Of a stretch of DNA of 64,000 nt, positions 31,736 to 42,799 are shown in pieces. Source of the stretch: Candidatus Krumholzibacteriia bacterium. Its GTDB lineage: Bacteria; Krumholzibacteriota; Krumholzibacteriia; Krumholzibacteriales; Krumholzibacteriaceae. A program made the position numbers and the translations under genes. The stretch lies in NCBI GenBank assembly GCA_963836185.1, contig CAWIIQ010000003.1, positions 256,001 to 320,000 of the forward strand, in the 5' to 3' direction. Every line of letters begins with the position of its first letter. Within the stretch, counting starts at the first letter, position 1. The notes below the pieces were generated by a model. That model had not been told where the DNA came from. It saw only the letters and a program-made list of their open reading frames with translations, and did no database searches.

Positions 31736-32572
31736 TTGACGGATTTAAACATCGGCGCGGAAAGCATATTCTTCGGCCATTTCGGCATCCGTTCGGGCGA
31801 CCCCGATCTAGACATGCTCAAGGCCGTAGTCGCGAGCTATTCGGAGCTCCCTTACGAGAATGTGACCAAGATAATCCGCAAGTTCAACGAGCCTGATCCC
31901 GCCCTGCGCCTGAGGGGGCCGGAGGAGGTCATGACGGGTTTTATCGAGAAGCACACGGGAGGGACCTGCTTCTCCCTGACATGGTGTCTCGGCGCGATCC
32001 TCTCATCGGCAGGGTATAAATGCTACCCGGCGATGGCTGATATGAAGAGACAGAATATTCACTGCGCGCTCATCGTCCGGGTCAGCAGGAAGAAGTATCT
32101 CGTCGATCCCGGGTACCTTCTCGGCGATCCGGTCGAGCTGACCGGCGAGCCCGTGATCATCCCGACCTCGTTCGGGAAGGTCGAACTGCGCCCGAGGGGG
32201 GCGGCGAGCTACGACCTCTTCACGATAGCGGGCGGCGAGAAGAACTGGAGGTACAGGCTCAGGACGACACCTGTCTCGAAGGCGACCTTCTTCAGGCACT
32301 GGCAGGCATCGTTCGCGCTGCCGATGATGAACTCGCTGCAGCTTACGAAGCTGACAGATGGCGGGCACCTCTATATACGCGATCACCATCTCCGGCTTCG
32401 CCGCGAGGACATGAAGTTCAACGAGAATATCCGGGCGGACCTCGAGCTGCGTATCGAGGCCGAGTTCGGCATACCGGGGGATATCACAGCCGAGGCACGC
32501 GGATTTATTGAAAGGATGAAGGACGGATGGCGCATCCAAAAGCAGGCAGACCGGGCGAGGGCGCGCCGGTAA
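31736..32572 (+). CDS. Arylamine N-acetyltransferase family protein
   Basis: PYENV, GGTCFSL (Cys), HCAL (His) and YLVDPG (Asp) catalytic triad motifs. Confidence 0.85.
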   Translation: MTDLNIGAESIFFGHFGIRSGDPDLDMLKAVVASYSELPYENVTKIIRKFNEPDPALRLRGPEEVMTGFIEKHTGGTCFSLTWCLGAILSSAGYKCYPAMADMKRQNIHCALIVRVSRKKYLVDPGYLLGDPVELTGEPVIIPTSFGKVELRPRGAASYDLFTIAGGEKNWRYRLRTTPVSKATFFRHWQASFALPMMNSLQLTKLTDGGHLYIRDHHLRLRREDMKFNENIRADLELRIEAEFGIPGDITAEARGFIERMKDGWRIQKQADRARARR

Positions 32573-33072
32573 AATATTTCGCCGCGCTCCTTCTCTCCAG
32601 CGGCGCCGAACCGCAGGGCGTGATCGACGGTGGATTGAGCGACATCCTCGGGGAGGCCGACTTCATCGGGCCCCCGCATCCCTTCGATATGACCGACTAT
32701 TACGAGGACGAGATGGGGCCCGGCCTGAGAAGGGTGATCGTTTCGTTCAAGGATCTGGGAGAAGCGCCCGACCTTGTAACAGTAAAACTCGATGTCGACC
32801 GGCTGGAGAAGAAGCTTTCGGGCGAGGCCGGCCGTACGGTCAACATAGATCCCGGATATATCGACTATTTCAAGGCGGTCCTCGCGTCGTTCAAGGAGGG
32901 ACCGCAGAAGATATATCTCGGCCGCGGGGTCTACGCCGATCCGGTGCTCATGTTCGAGGACCACGAGTGGCGGACGCTCCCATGGTCGTTCCCCGACTTC
33001 AAGGAGGGGCTGTACATGGAGGAGTTCGGTTCGATACGGCGTATTTACAGGGAGCGGCGCCGCGAGGTATAA
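32527..33072 (+). CDS. DUF4416 family protein
   Basis: FDMTDYYEDEMG.GL.R...RTVNIDPGY...IYLGRGVYA...PWSFPD motifs. Confidence 0.8.
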   Translation: MAHPKAGRPGEGAPVKYFAALLLSSGAEPQGVIDGGLSDILGEADFIGPPHPFDMTDYYEDEMGPGLRRVIVSFKDLGEAPDLVTVKLDVDRLEKKLSGEAGRTVNIDPGYIDYFKAVLASFKEGPQKIYLGRGVYADPVLMFEDHEWRTLPWSFPDFKEGLYMEEFGSIRRIYRERRREV

Positions 33073-33100
33073 TCGCTGAAACCCACACGGGAGAGCTCTT

Positions 33101-34402
33101 TTGACACGGATCACCCTGACCGGCGACCAGTACATACTCTTTCTCCTCTTTTTGAGGCTGGGCATCATGGCGAGCATCGCCGGGGTGCTCGTGACATCGA
33201 ACTACTTCAAGAGGCTGATCTTCATACAGACGAGGACGCGCAGGGAGGACTGGTGGTTCGCCCTGATATTCGGAGCGCTGATCACGGCCGGCACCGCCGT
33301 ACGACTGATGGTAGGTTACGAGGGTGTCGACATATCGATGCCGGGGGTCTTTCTCATCGGCCTCCTCTGCGGGACGGGGCCGGGAGCGATGGCGGCCCTG
33401 CTTGTGTCCGTTCCGGCCGTCCTGGCCGGGGAGTGGCTCACGCCCGTCTATCTCCTCGCATGCTCAGGCCTGGGCGGGGCGATAGGGATGATACCGGAGA
33501 GGCGCGAGGAGATATGGGGCTTCACCCCCTTCTTCTACAGGGGGCTCTCCAGGTCGTGGAAGATATTCAAGGAAGAGAAGAGGTTCGACGCGATCGCGAT
33601 GGTCTTCTTCGCCGTGCTGGCCCTCGATGTATCGAGGACCGTCGTTGCAGGTTACGTGGGCAAGAGGATCCTCTTCGCCTTCACTCCCGATCATTACTGG
33701 ATGAACCTGCTTGTATGGTTCTCCACGCTGGCGTGTGTCGGTATCCCGCTGAAGATATGGAACAACACGCGTGTCGAGATGCTCCTCGAGGAGCAGCGGG
33801 CCGCGGCGGTCCAGGCGAAGTTCGACGCCCTGAGGCGCCAGATCAATCCCCATTTTTTCTTCAATACTCTCAACGCCGCGACATCGTGCATCTGGTCCGA
33901 GCCCGACAAGACGAGATGGATCCTCGTCAAGCTTGCCGGCATCCTGCGAAAGCTTCTCCACGGAACGGAGGATTTCGTGCCGCTGAGCAGCGAGCTCGAT
34001 TTCATCGATGACTACCTCAGTCTCGAGCAGGCGAGATTCGGCGCCGAGAGGATAAGAGTCGAGAAGGAGATCGATGCGAGAGCGCTCGATGTCCCCGTTC
34101 CTTCGATGCTTCTGCAGCCGCTCGTCGAGAACGCCGTAAGGCACGGGATATCGGGGCGTGTCGAGGGAGGCACGATCCACGTCGAGGCGGAAAGCGACGG
34201 GGAGAGGATCTTGATAGTGGTCAGGGACGACGGCGAAGGATTCGCCGGTGAAGCGGGTGACGGGATAGGCCTGAAGAATGTTCGCGAGAGGCTGTCCGTG
34301 GCCTACGGGACGCAGCAGTCGATGACGATAGAATCGGTCCCCGGCGAGGGGACGGAGATAAGGATAGAGCTTCCCGTCGAAAGGGGGAGCCATGTCGAGT
34401 GA
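33101..34402 (+). CDS. LytS/YehU-family membrane sensor histidine kinase
   Basis: Multiple TM helices; QINPHFFFNTLN, LQPLVENAVRHG, DDGEG and GIGLKNV. Confidence 0.9.
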   Translation: MTRITLTGDQYILFLLFLRLGIMASIAGVLVTSNYFKRLIFIQTRTRREDWWFALIFGALITAGTAVRLMVGYEGVDISMPGVFLIGLLCGTGPGAMAALLVSVPAVLAGEWLTPVYLLACSGLGGAIGMIPERREEIWGFTPFFYRGLSRSWKIFKEEKRFDAIAMVFFAVLALDVSRTVVAGYVGKRILFAFTPDHYWMNLLVWFSTLACVGIPLKIWNNTRVEMLLEEQRAAAVQAKFDALRRQINPHFFFNTLNAATSCIWSEPDKTRWILVKLAGILRKLLHGTEDFVPLSSELDFIDDYLSLEQARFGAERIRVEKEIDARALDVPVPSMLLQPLVENAVRHGISGRVEGGTIHVEAESDGERILIVVRDDGEGFAGEAGDGIGLKNVRERLSVAYGTQQSMTIESVPGEGTEIRIELPVERGSHVE

Positions 34403-35156
34403 GGCACTGAAGGTATTGATAGTCGATGACGAGAAGCCGGCGAGAAAGGATCTGGCGAGAATACTCGGCAAGATCGAGGGGTTCGAGAAGTCCGGTGAGG
34501 CGGCAGACGGCATCAAGGCGGTCGAGATGATACGTGACGGCAAGCCGGATATCGTACTGCTCGATATCCAGATGCCCGGTCTCGACGGTTTCCAGGTCCT
34601 CGGCAGGCTCGGCGAGACCGGAGACATTCCGCCTGTGATATTCGTTACGGCTTACGACCAGTACGCGATCCGGGCATTCAACGTCCACGCGGCGGACTAT
34701 ATCCTCAAGCCCGTAGACGAGGAGAGGCTGCGCGAGGCTCTCGGCAGGGCGGCGGCGCGGGTCCGCGGGGCGGAGCCGCGGCAGGATATGGACGAGCTGC
34801 TTCGATCAGTCGGCGCGCTCTCTCAGAGGGTGCCGGTAAGGAGGGGGGCCGGCGTGGTGATGGTAGATGTGCAGGAGATACTCTATGCCAGCGTCGCCGA
34901 TGGAGAGGTCTCGATCGTTACCGGCGATATCGATGGAAGTTCCGCGCGCCGCTCGCTCGATGAGCTGCAGGCAGAGCTTCCGGCCGGGATGTTCATGAGG
35001 ATCCACAGGGCATACCTCGCCAATGTATACAGGATCCGCGAGATAATCCCCTGGGAGAATAATTCGTTCAGGATAAGGATGGGAAGCGATGACGGGCCGG
35101 TCATACCTGTCAGCCGCGCTAACGCCCGTGAGCTTAAACGGCGGCTCCACCTCTGA
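34392..35156 (+). CDS. LytTR-family response regulator
   Basis: IVDDE, LLDIQMP, FVTAYD and KP receiver motifs; FMRIHRAYLAN...PVSR LytTR domain. Confidence 0.92.
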   Translation: MSSEALKVLIVDDEKPARKDLARILGKIEGFEKSGEAADGIKAVEMIRDGKPDIVLLDIQMPGLDGFQVLGRLGETGDIPPVIFVTAYDQYAIRAFNVHAADYILKPVDEERLREALGRAAARVRGAEPRQDMDELLRSVGALSQRVPVRRGAGVVMVDVQEILYASVADGEVSIVTGDIDGSSARRSLDELQAELPAGMFMRIHRAYLANVYRIREIIPWENNSFRIRMGSDDGPVIPVSRANARELKRRLHL

Positions 35157-35191
35157 GGTGTCCGCGGGGCCAGCAACTTAGAAAGGGGTCG

Positions 35192-35632
35192 GTGATGAAG
35201 AAGGTCGGGATCATCATCTGCGATCGTTACCACACATGCGCCGGAGGAAAATGCTTTCGGTCACTTCGCGAGCGTGAGGGCGGATTCGCCCGGTACGCCG
35301 ATGAAGAGGTCGAGCTTGTCGGGTTTACCACTTGCGGCGGGTGCCCCGGCGGCAACGTCGAGTACGCCCCGGAGGAGATGAAGAAGAACGGCGCCGATGT
35401 GGTGCATCTGGCCACCGGCCTGGTCGTGGGATATCCGCCCTGTCCCCGCCTCGATTATTTCAGGGAGTTCATTCCGCGCAAGTTCGGGATGGAAGTGGTG
35501 GTCGGCACACATCCGATCCCCGAGAAATACAATCTAATCCACGAGGACTTCGGGACCTGGCCGATGATGGCCGCGAAGAAGGATCTAGAGGATCTTCTAG
35601 CCGACAGGGAGACGCGCCTGGCATACGACTGA
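35192..35632 (+). CDS. CGGC domain protein (Cys-rich, putative metal/Fe-S binding)
   Basis: IIICD...CAGGKC...TCGGCPG...HLATG...PPCP...GTH. Confidence 0.88.
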   Translation: MMKKVGIIICDRYHTCAGGKCFRSLREREGGFARYADEEVELVGFTTCGGCPGGNVEYAPEEMKKNGADVVHLATGLVVGYPPCPRLDYFREFIPRKFGMEVVVGTHPIPEKYNLIHEDFGTWPMMAAKKDLEDLLADRETRLAYD

Positions 35633-35644
35633 GGATGGTGCCGG

Positions 35645-36409
35645 TCAGAAACGATACACTCCTGAAACTACCGCGTAGTGCAGCCAGGCGAAGTTGTAGA
35701 CCGACTCGACATCCGCACCGCCCTCAACCATCCGGTAGCCTCCGGTGATTCCCCAGTGATCGTTGAAGTTGTAACCCAGTTTCAGTGCTATGTCGAATGC
35801 TCTGCCGGGCCCGCCTGCAAGTCCGTCGAAGTCGAACAGCAGGTGCCACCGTTCGACAAAGTTCCAGTCGGCGGCAAGATAAAGCAGGGGCACAAAGCCG
35901 ACATCGGTTTCCTTGCTCGTTGTGTCGCCCTGGCTGAGTTCTATCTTCGCGTCGCGGATCTTTGCCGTGAACCCGACCCAGAGGCTCAGCTTCTCGCGGT
36001 CCAGGAACCTGTAATGGTATGTGAGCCGCCATGAATTGAACTGGTAGGTCGCTTCTACCGGTTCCCCAGGCTGATACGTCTCGCCGGCGAAGTTTACCGG
36101 TTCAGATATATTCCCCGTCTCCGTGATAGAGAGAGGAGCGAGCAGCGCCCGGAGGCCGTGTCTGTCGTTGATGTTCCATGTCAGGTAGAGGCGGCCAGCA
36201 GGCCACGGTCCCTTACCGGTAACGTCGATGATGGAAAATCTCGTCCCAGTCTCGTCGTTCGGGATCTGGACATCGTTGCGGCTCTGCCATACGGCACCGC
36301 CCTCGAGTTCTATTACAAATCGGGCAGTATCATTAGCAAAAGCTTCGGATGTGACATTGAAAAGAAACAGGGCAGGAAGGACAGCGAGAAGCATATGTAT
36401 CGTTTTCAT
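35645..36409 (-). CDS. Small outer-membrane beta-barrel protein, function unknown
   Basis: Signal peptide, alternating strands and C-terminal beta-signal SGVYRF. Confidence 0.7.
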   Translation of the reverse strand: MKTIHMLLAVLPALFLFNVTSEAFANDTARFVIELEGGAVWQSRNDVQIPNDETGTRFSIIDVTGKGPWPAGRLYLTWNINDRHGLRALLAPLSITETGNISEPVNFAGETYQPGEPVEATYQFNSWRLTYHYRFLDREKLSLWVGFTAKIRDAKIELSQGDTTSKETDVGFVPLLYLAADWNFVERWHLLFDFDGLAGGPGRAFDIALKLGYNFNDHWGITGGYRMVEGGADVESVYNFAWLHYAVVSGVYRF

Positions 36410-36516
36410 TCTGATCGACTCCAGGTAAGAGCAACGGACGTGTATTCATGCATTTCAAATGCATTATTGCACAGCGGGCAGGCAGGGACAATGGCTATGG
36501 GTGAAATGGGCGTGAT

Positions 36517-36557
36517 AAAAAATGAAGCGGGGGCGGGATCTCTCCCGTCCCCCGCTT
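36517..36557 (-). terminator. Terminator downstream of 36589..37065
   Basis: Stem AAGCGGGGGCGGGA/TCCCGTCCCCCGCTT with an upstream A-tract. Confidence 0.6.
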
Positions 36558-36588
36558 TCGTCGCAGGCTGGTCGGCCTTCCGGGTACA

Positions 36589-37065
36589 TTATCGTCTTCT
36601 GTATTCTCTTCCATCGTAATACGTGACATGCTGCTTTTGCTTTCCGCGGCGCTTCGCGTGCCTGCGCTCCTGGTGCAGGAACCTGTTCCAGCTCTTCTGG
36701 TTGAACGCGGCGCGGACTACCGTACGCGGTACATGGATCATGCGTCCGATCTCGAACCACTGGAAGCCGCGGCGCCTGAGCCTTACGAGCTCACGGGCCG
36801 GCACGCCGCTGAAGTACGCGAGGCGCCGGGCGATCCTCTTGTCACGATTGTTTATCTCATAGCGCATCTGCCTTCGGGCAGGCACGCGCCTGTCATAATA
36901 GGTCCCGTAATAACAGGAGGGGACATTGCACGCGTGGACGCTGACGCCGGGGGTATTGACGCTCGCTACTATGCGGACCTCGGCACTGGCCTGCATCGCG
37001 ATAACGGCAACTGCGGCGAACGTGACTGCGGCGATAGTCATCTGTCTCATTCGTTCCTTCTTCAT
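36589..37065 (-). CDS. Secreted, very basic hypothetical protein
   Basis: AGGAGG RBS; signal peptide ending ASA; Arg/Lys-rich mature region. Confidence 0.7.
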   Translation of the reverse strand: MKKERMRQMTIAAVTFAAVAVIAMQASAEVRIVASVNTPGVSVHACNVPSCYYGTYYDRRVPARRQMRYEINNRDKRIARRLAYFSGVPARELVRLRRRGFQWFEIGRMIHVPRTVVRAAFNQKSWNRFLHQERRHAKRRGKQKQHVTYYDGREYRRR

Positions 37066-37340
37066 GAGACACCTCCTGTTCCGGCCGCCCCTATTGGCGA
37101 CTCACTGATACGTTATTGCATACGCCGTACCGGGAACGGGAAAGTCCTGTATCTGGTTATATCAAATCAGGTTACGCAACATGCCCTGTCTTCATAAGTG
37201 GACAGGAAATGGAGCCTGAGGGGTAATCCTCGTCCATTTAAGAGGACATTCCGGGTCATTTATGTGAAACCTTTCAGCGGGTTTTCCTGTCATAATAAAT
37301 GATGTGCAGGGAATAGCCGTTCAACGACTGGAGAACATCA

Positions 37341-39211
37341 ATGAGAGCCATGCTGACCAGCCTGATCCTTCTTGTCCTTGCATTTTCCGCCGCCCGGGGT
37401 TCCGAAGAGATGGACGCCCGTCGCCGGGACGCCGGAACCTACCTGATCGAGAACTATGACAGGACCGAGCATATGATCCCGATGCGCGACGGGATCAGTC
37501 TTTACACCGAGGTCTATACCCCGAAGGATCGTTCGGCCGCCTGGCCGATCCTTCTTAACAGGACCCCATACTCCGCATTCTTCGCCGGCGAGCGGGTCGA
37601 CGGCTTCTTCTGCTGGCCGGGGCCCGGACCGGCGTTCCCCGCTGAAGGGTATATTTTCGTCATCCAGGATGTCCGTGGACGCTTTCTCAGCGAGGGTGAT
37701 TTTGTGGTGATGCGTCCCAACACGGCCGGCGAAGGGGAGACGGATGAAAGCACCGACGCCTTCGATACGATCGACTGGCTCGTGCGGAATCTCGACAACA
37801 ACAACGGGCGGGTCGGAGTATGGGGGATCTCATACGGCGGATATTACTCGGCACTCTCGCTCGTGAACGCTCACCCTGCGATAGCCGCAGTTGTGATAGA
37901 GGCGCCTGTCGCAGAGGGATTTCTCGGGGACGATTACCATCACAACGGCGCCATGCAGCTTCTCTACCCCTTCCGGTGGATCAACAACGTCGGTCTGACC
38001 GAACGTGAGGGACCGTCCGCCGACCCGGTACCGCCCGTATTCCGGGGCAGGGAGGATGAGTTCTTCACCTTCTTCCTCGAGACAGGATCGGCCGCCGATA
38101 TCGACGCGAGATGCTTTCAGGGGAAGATAGATTTCTGGAACGGGATCGTAGAGCACGGTACGTACGACGATTTCTGGAAGGCCCGCAACCTCGGACAGTA
38201 TATGAGAGATATCGACGGCCCCGCGGTCCTCGTCTCCGGGTCCTGGTTCGATGACCAGGACCTTTTCGGGACCCTCCATACATACCGCGCGATCGAGGAT
38301 CAGAACCCCGGGATAACGAATACCCTCGTGATGGGAGTATGGAACCACTCCTCATGGTGGGATCAGAAGACGAAGCCATGGGGAGGCACCGGACTTCCGG
38401 CGAAGGAGACGGGGGAGCACTATCGCGGCGAGGTGCTGGCCCCTTTCCTGAAAGCGCACCTGAAAGGGGAGGGTGAATTTCAACTGCCCGAGGCTCTCGT
38501 CATCGAGAGCGGCACGAATCGTTGGTGCGAGTACGACAGCTGGCCGCCCGCGAAAACGGAACAGGTGAGTTTCTATATAAAGGGAGACGGCACGGTTTCG
38601 ACGGAGCCTCCCGGAAAGGGCGCTGTTGGATTCTCCGAATTCGTCAGTGATCCGGCCGATCCCGTCCCGCACCTTCCGACGCCGATCCACGGCTGGACGG
38701 CGGAGGTGATGCACTTCGACCAGCGGTTCGCCACGGAGAGGGAAGACGTACTGGCATATAGCTACGCGATCCTCGATGAGGACCTGACGCTCACCGGACC
38801 GGTCGAGGTCGATCTCTACGTTTCGACGACGGGGACAGACGCCGACTGGGTGGTTAAAGTGATCGATGTCTATCCCGACGATGCGGACGATCTCGCCGGG
38901 TACCAGATGCTCGTGCGGGGCGACATCATGCGGGGCAAGTTCCGCGGCAGCTTCGAGGACCCGGAGCCTTTCGTGCCCGGAGAGGTGACCCGTGTGCAGG
39001 TTCACCCTGCCCGACGTCAATCACACATTCCGCCGGGGGCACAGGCTCATGATCCAGGTGCAGAGCAGCTGGTTCCCGATGTTCGACCGCAATCCGCAGA
39101 CATTCGTCGATATATACCGCGCGAAGGAATCGGATTATGTGAAGGCGACGCACCGGGTCTACCATTCTCCCGGCTATCCGTCACTATATAATGGCAAGGG
39201 TGCTTCCCTGA
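37341..39211 (+). CDS. CocE/NonD family hydrolase (S15); frameshifts near 39000 and probably 39185 (alternative end 39261)
   Basis: MIPMRDG, QDVRGRFLSEG and GISYGG nucleophile motifs; DADWVVKVIDV and GHRLMIQVQSSWFP C-terminal domain. Confidence 0.9.
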
Positions 39212-39306
39212 TCCTCTTTGAATGTTGCGGCTCGGCGCGGCAGCAAATATACTGGCCATGACAGGCTGCTGTATATTGTCCGGCCCTTAAACAGGAATAC
39301 TGACTT

Positions 39307-42300
39307 ATGACAGCTTCTAATAATTCCGGCCCTGCCGGCGGATTTATGACGATCGAAGGCGAAAGATTTTACCGAATCGGGAATTACGACCGGATGCCCC
39401 CATTCTTCATGAGCATCGCGAGCGATACCGATCTATGGATGTTCATCTCCTCCTCGGGCGGTCTGACGGCCGGAAGGGTCGATGCCGACGGGGCCCTGTT
39501 TCCCGTACGAGACCGTTGACAAGCTGCACGTGAGCAACCACCACACGGGGCCGGTCACTCTCATCAGGAAAAAGGGGGAGTGGAGACACTGGGTGCCTTT
39601 CACCGTAAGCTCGATCGAGGATTTTGATGTAGAACGGAATCTCTACAAGAACGTGATCGGCAACAAGGTGATCTTCGAGGAGATCAATCATGTCCTGGGG
39701 CTTTCCTTCAGATACCGCTGGGCCGCCAGTGATACTTTCGGGCACGTCCGGACCTCCTGGCTCGAAAACATCGGCGATTCGATGGCCGAGCTCACCGTTC
39801 TCGACGGCCTCAGGAATGTCATTCCCTGCGGCGCGCCGCTGCTGCTGCACCAGCAGCTCAGCTCTCTCGTCGATGCCTACAAGCGGACCGACGTGGATGA
39901 GGCGTCTAAAATGGGCATCTTCTCGCTTACCTCGAAAATCATAGACAGGGCCGAGGCCGCCGAGTCGCTGAGGGCGAATGTCGTGTGGTGCGACTCTCTC
40001 GTCCCTTTCGATGTATCTCTGGCGACGGATACCGTCAAGACATTCCGGCTCGGACAGGATCCCGAGAGCGAGACACTTCTGACCGGTCAGAAGGGCAACT
40101 ATTTCGTGAAGATGCAGTTCGATCTTGATTCGGAAGCCGAGACCAAATGGCACATAGTCGCAGATTCGGGGAAGGACCATACTGACATTTCCGCTCTGAG
40201 AGACACGATCACAGGCAGCGGGAGCCTCGACGCGGATATCGAGAAGAGCATCACGGAGGCCGGAGTCGCACTCGAACGCAATGTAGGGAGCGCGGACGGG
40301 ATCCAGCTCACCGGATACGAAGAGGCCTCGGTGCACCATTTCGCCAACGTACTCTTCAATAATATGCGCGGAGGCGTATTCACGGATAACTACACAATCG
40401 AATCTTCCGACCTGGCGGACTTCATCCGCCTCCGCAACAGTGAGGTCGCTGAACGGGAGAAGGGCTTCATCTCGGATCTTCCCGAACGCCTGAACGTGAA
40501 AGAACTTCTCGAGAAGTCCGCCGGGACGGGCGATCCCGATCTCGAGCGGCTGTGCCACGAGTACCTGCCGATATTCTTCGGGCGGCGCCACGGCGATCCG
40601 AGCAGGCCGTGGAACCGTTTCTCGATACACCTGAAGGACAGTGAAGGCGGCCGCCTGCTGAGGTACGAGGGGAACTGGCGCGACATATTCCAGAACTGGG
40701 AGGCGCTCTGCATGAGCTTCCCCGGTTTTCTGCCATCGGTGACGGCCAAATTCGTCAACGCCTCTACCGTCGACGGATTTAATCCCTATCGCATCACGCG
40801 CGAGGGCATCGACTGGGAGACAGTCGATCCTGACGATCCCTGGAGCTATATAGGGTACTGGGGGGACCACCAGATCATATATCTCCTCAAGTTCCTCGAG
40901 TCCCTGACGAAGTTCTATCCCGGGGCCCTGGAGGGGATGCTCTCCAGGGAGATCTTTTCTTATGCCGATGTTCCATACAGGATAAAGCCGTACGAGGATA
41001 TCCTCGATGATCCCGACTCGACGATCGAATATGATCACCAGCGCGCCAGGCTCGTCGATGAACGTGTCGAGGCGATCGGTTCGGACGGACGCCTGCTTCA
41101 TGAACCCGGCGGATCGGTCTATCACGTAAACCTGCTCGAGAAACTTCTCGTCCCCGTCCTTTCGAAGGTTTCCAATCTCGTTCCCGACGGCGGCATCTGG
41201 ATGAACACGCAGAGACCGGAATGGAACGACGCGAATAACGCGCTCGTCGGAAACGGCATCTCGATGGTGACTCTCTCGTACCTCAGGCGGCACGTGAGCT
41301 TCCTTGCCGGCCTTCTCGACCGGGGGGGAGACACAGGGATGCCGGTCTCGGACGAAGTCGCGGACTGGCTCTCCGTCGTGGATTCGGTCCTCGGATCGGC
41401 GCGCGGGCTTCTCGGCGACAGCGCCATTGACGATTCCGACAGAAAGAGAGTGCTCGATATGCTCGGGCGGTCTTTCTCCGAGTACCGCTCGAAGGTTTAT
41501 GCGAAGGGGTTCTCCGGGAAAAGGACGGTCAGGACGGCAAAGGTCGCTGGATTTTTCCGGACCGTCCTCGTCTGGCTCGACAACTCGATGGAGATGAACA
41601 GGCGCGAAGATGGCCTTTACCACGCCTATAACCTCCTCGAGATATCGAGAGACGGTGAAAGCGCGGCCGTGAAGCACCTCTACGAGATGCTCGAGGGCCA
41701 GGTAGCGGCTTTGAGTTCGGGTGAGGTGGCGCCGCAGGAAGCGATCGGCCTGCTCGATGCTCTCTTCAAGAGCGATATGTACAGGGAGGACCAGCACAGT
41801 TTCATGCTCTACCCGAAGAGGGAACTGCCGGCCTTCATGGACAAGAATGTCGTTCCCGAAAAGAGTGTTCTCGCGATTCCTCTTCTGGGCAGGCTCATCG
41901 ATTCGGGGGACCGTTCCGTGATAACCCGCGACGCTGGCGGCACATACCGGTTCAACGGTGATTTCGCGAATGCTATCGACCTTGCTTCCGCCCTCTACCG
42001 CCTTGCCGAGGACGAGAGCTGGGCTTCCGAGGTGTCAGCTGATAGGCAGGCAGTCTTCGATCTCTTCGAGGAAGTCTTTGACCACAGGTCGTTTACCGGC
42101 CGCTCAGGGACGATGTACGGGTACGAAGGGCTCGGCTGTATCTACTGGCACATGGTATCGAAGCTTCTTCTCGCGCTGCAGGAAGTCACGCTCAATGCCA
42201 CCGACGAGAAGGATCTTCAGGTCCTGGCAGATTATTACTACCGTGTCAGGGCAGGGCTCAGCTTCGAAAAGACCGCCGAAGAGTACGGGGCCTTCCCGGC

Positions 42301-42736
42301 TGATCCCTACTCGCACACTCCGCCTCACGCAGGCGCTCAGCAGCCTGGTATGACCGGACAGGTAAAAGAGGAGATCATCGCGAGATTCGGCGAGCTCGGA
42401 GTCATCGTGAAGGATGGTGTCCTGAGTTTCCGGCCCGTTCTTCTGAAGAGAGATGAGTTCCTCGAGGAAGCGGGCAAGTTCCTTTATTACAGTCTCGACG
42501 GGGAGAGAAATTCGATCGATCTTCCCGCCGGCTATCTCGCGTTTACATTCTGCCAGGTCCCGATCGTCTACGAGGTGACATCGGACAAGCCATGGATCCG
42601 GATCACCTCTTTCGACGGAACCACATCATCCATCGAGGGTGACAGCCTCGACGTGGACCGGAGCAGGTCGATATTCAACAGGCTCGGGACGATAACCCGG
42701 ATCGATGCCGGAATCCCCGCAGATACCCTCAGATAA
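39307..42736 (+). CDS. GH149-like beta-1,3-glucan phosphorylase; frameshift near 39500
   Basis: PFFMSIASDTDLWMFISSSGGLTAGR, RRHGDPSRPWN, YEGNWRDIFQNWEAL, IGYWGDHQ, PEWNDANNALVG, YEGLGCIYWHMVSK and AQQPGMTGQVKE; ~1140 aa; no signal peptide; beta-glucan gene context. Confidence 0.82.
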
Positions 42737-42799
42737 AGCGAGGGCCGGACTCGGTGTTACCCGGCCCCGGCCCTGTCTGCAGAGAACTGCTGACGTTCG

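Noticed and set aside
39443-41797. 784-aa antisense ORF (likewise 18375..19745, 33464..34627, 46266..47537)
   Set aside because: Mirror frames of well-supported genes on the opposite strand; no recognisable domains.
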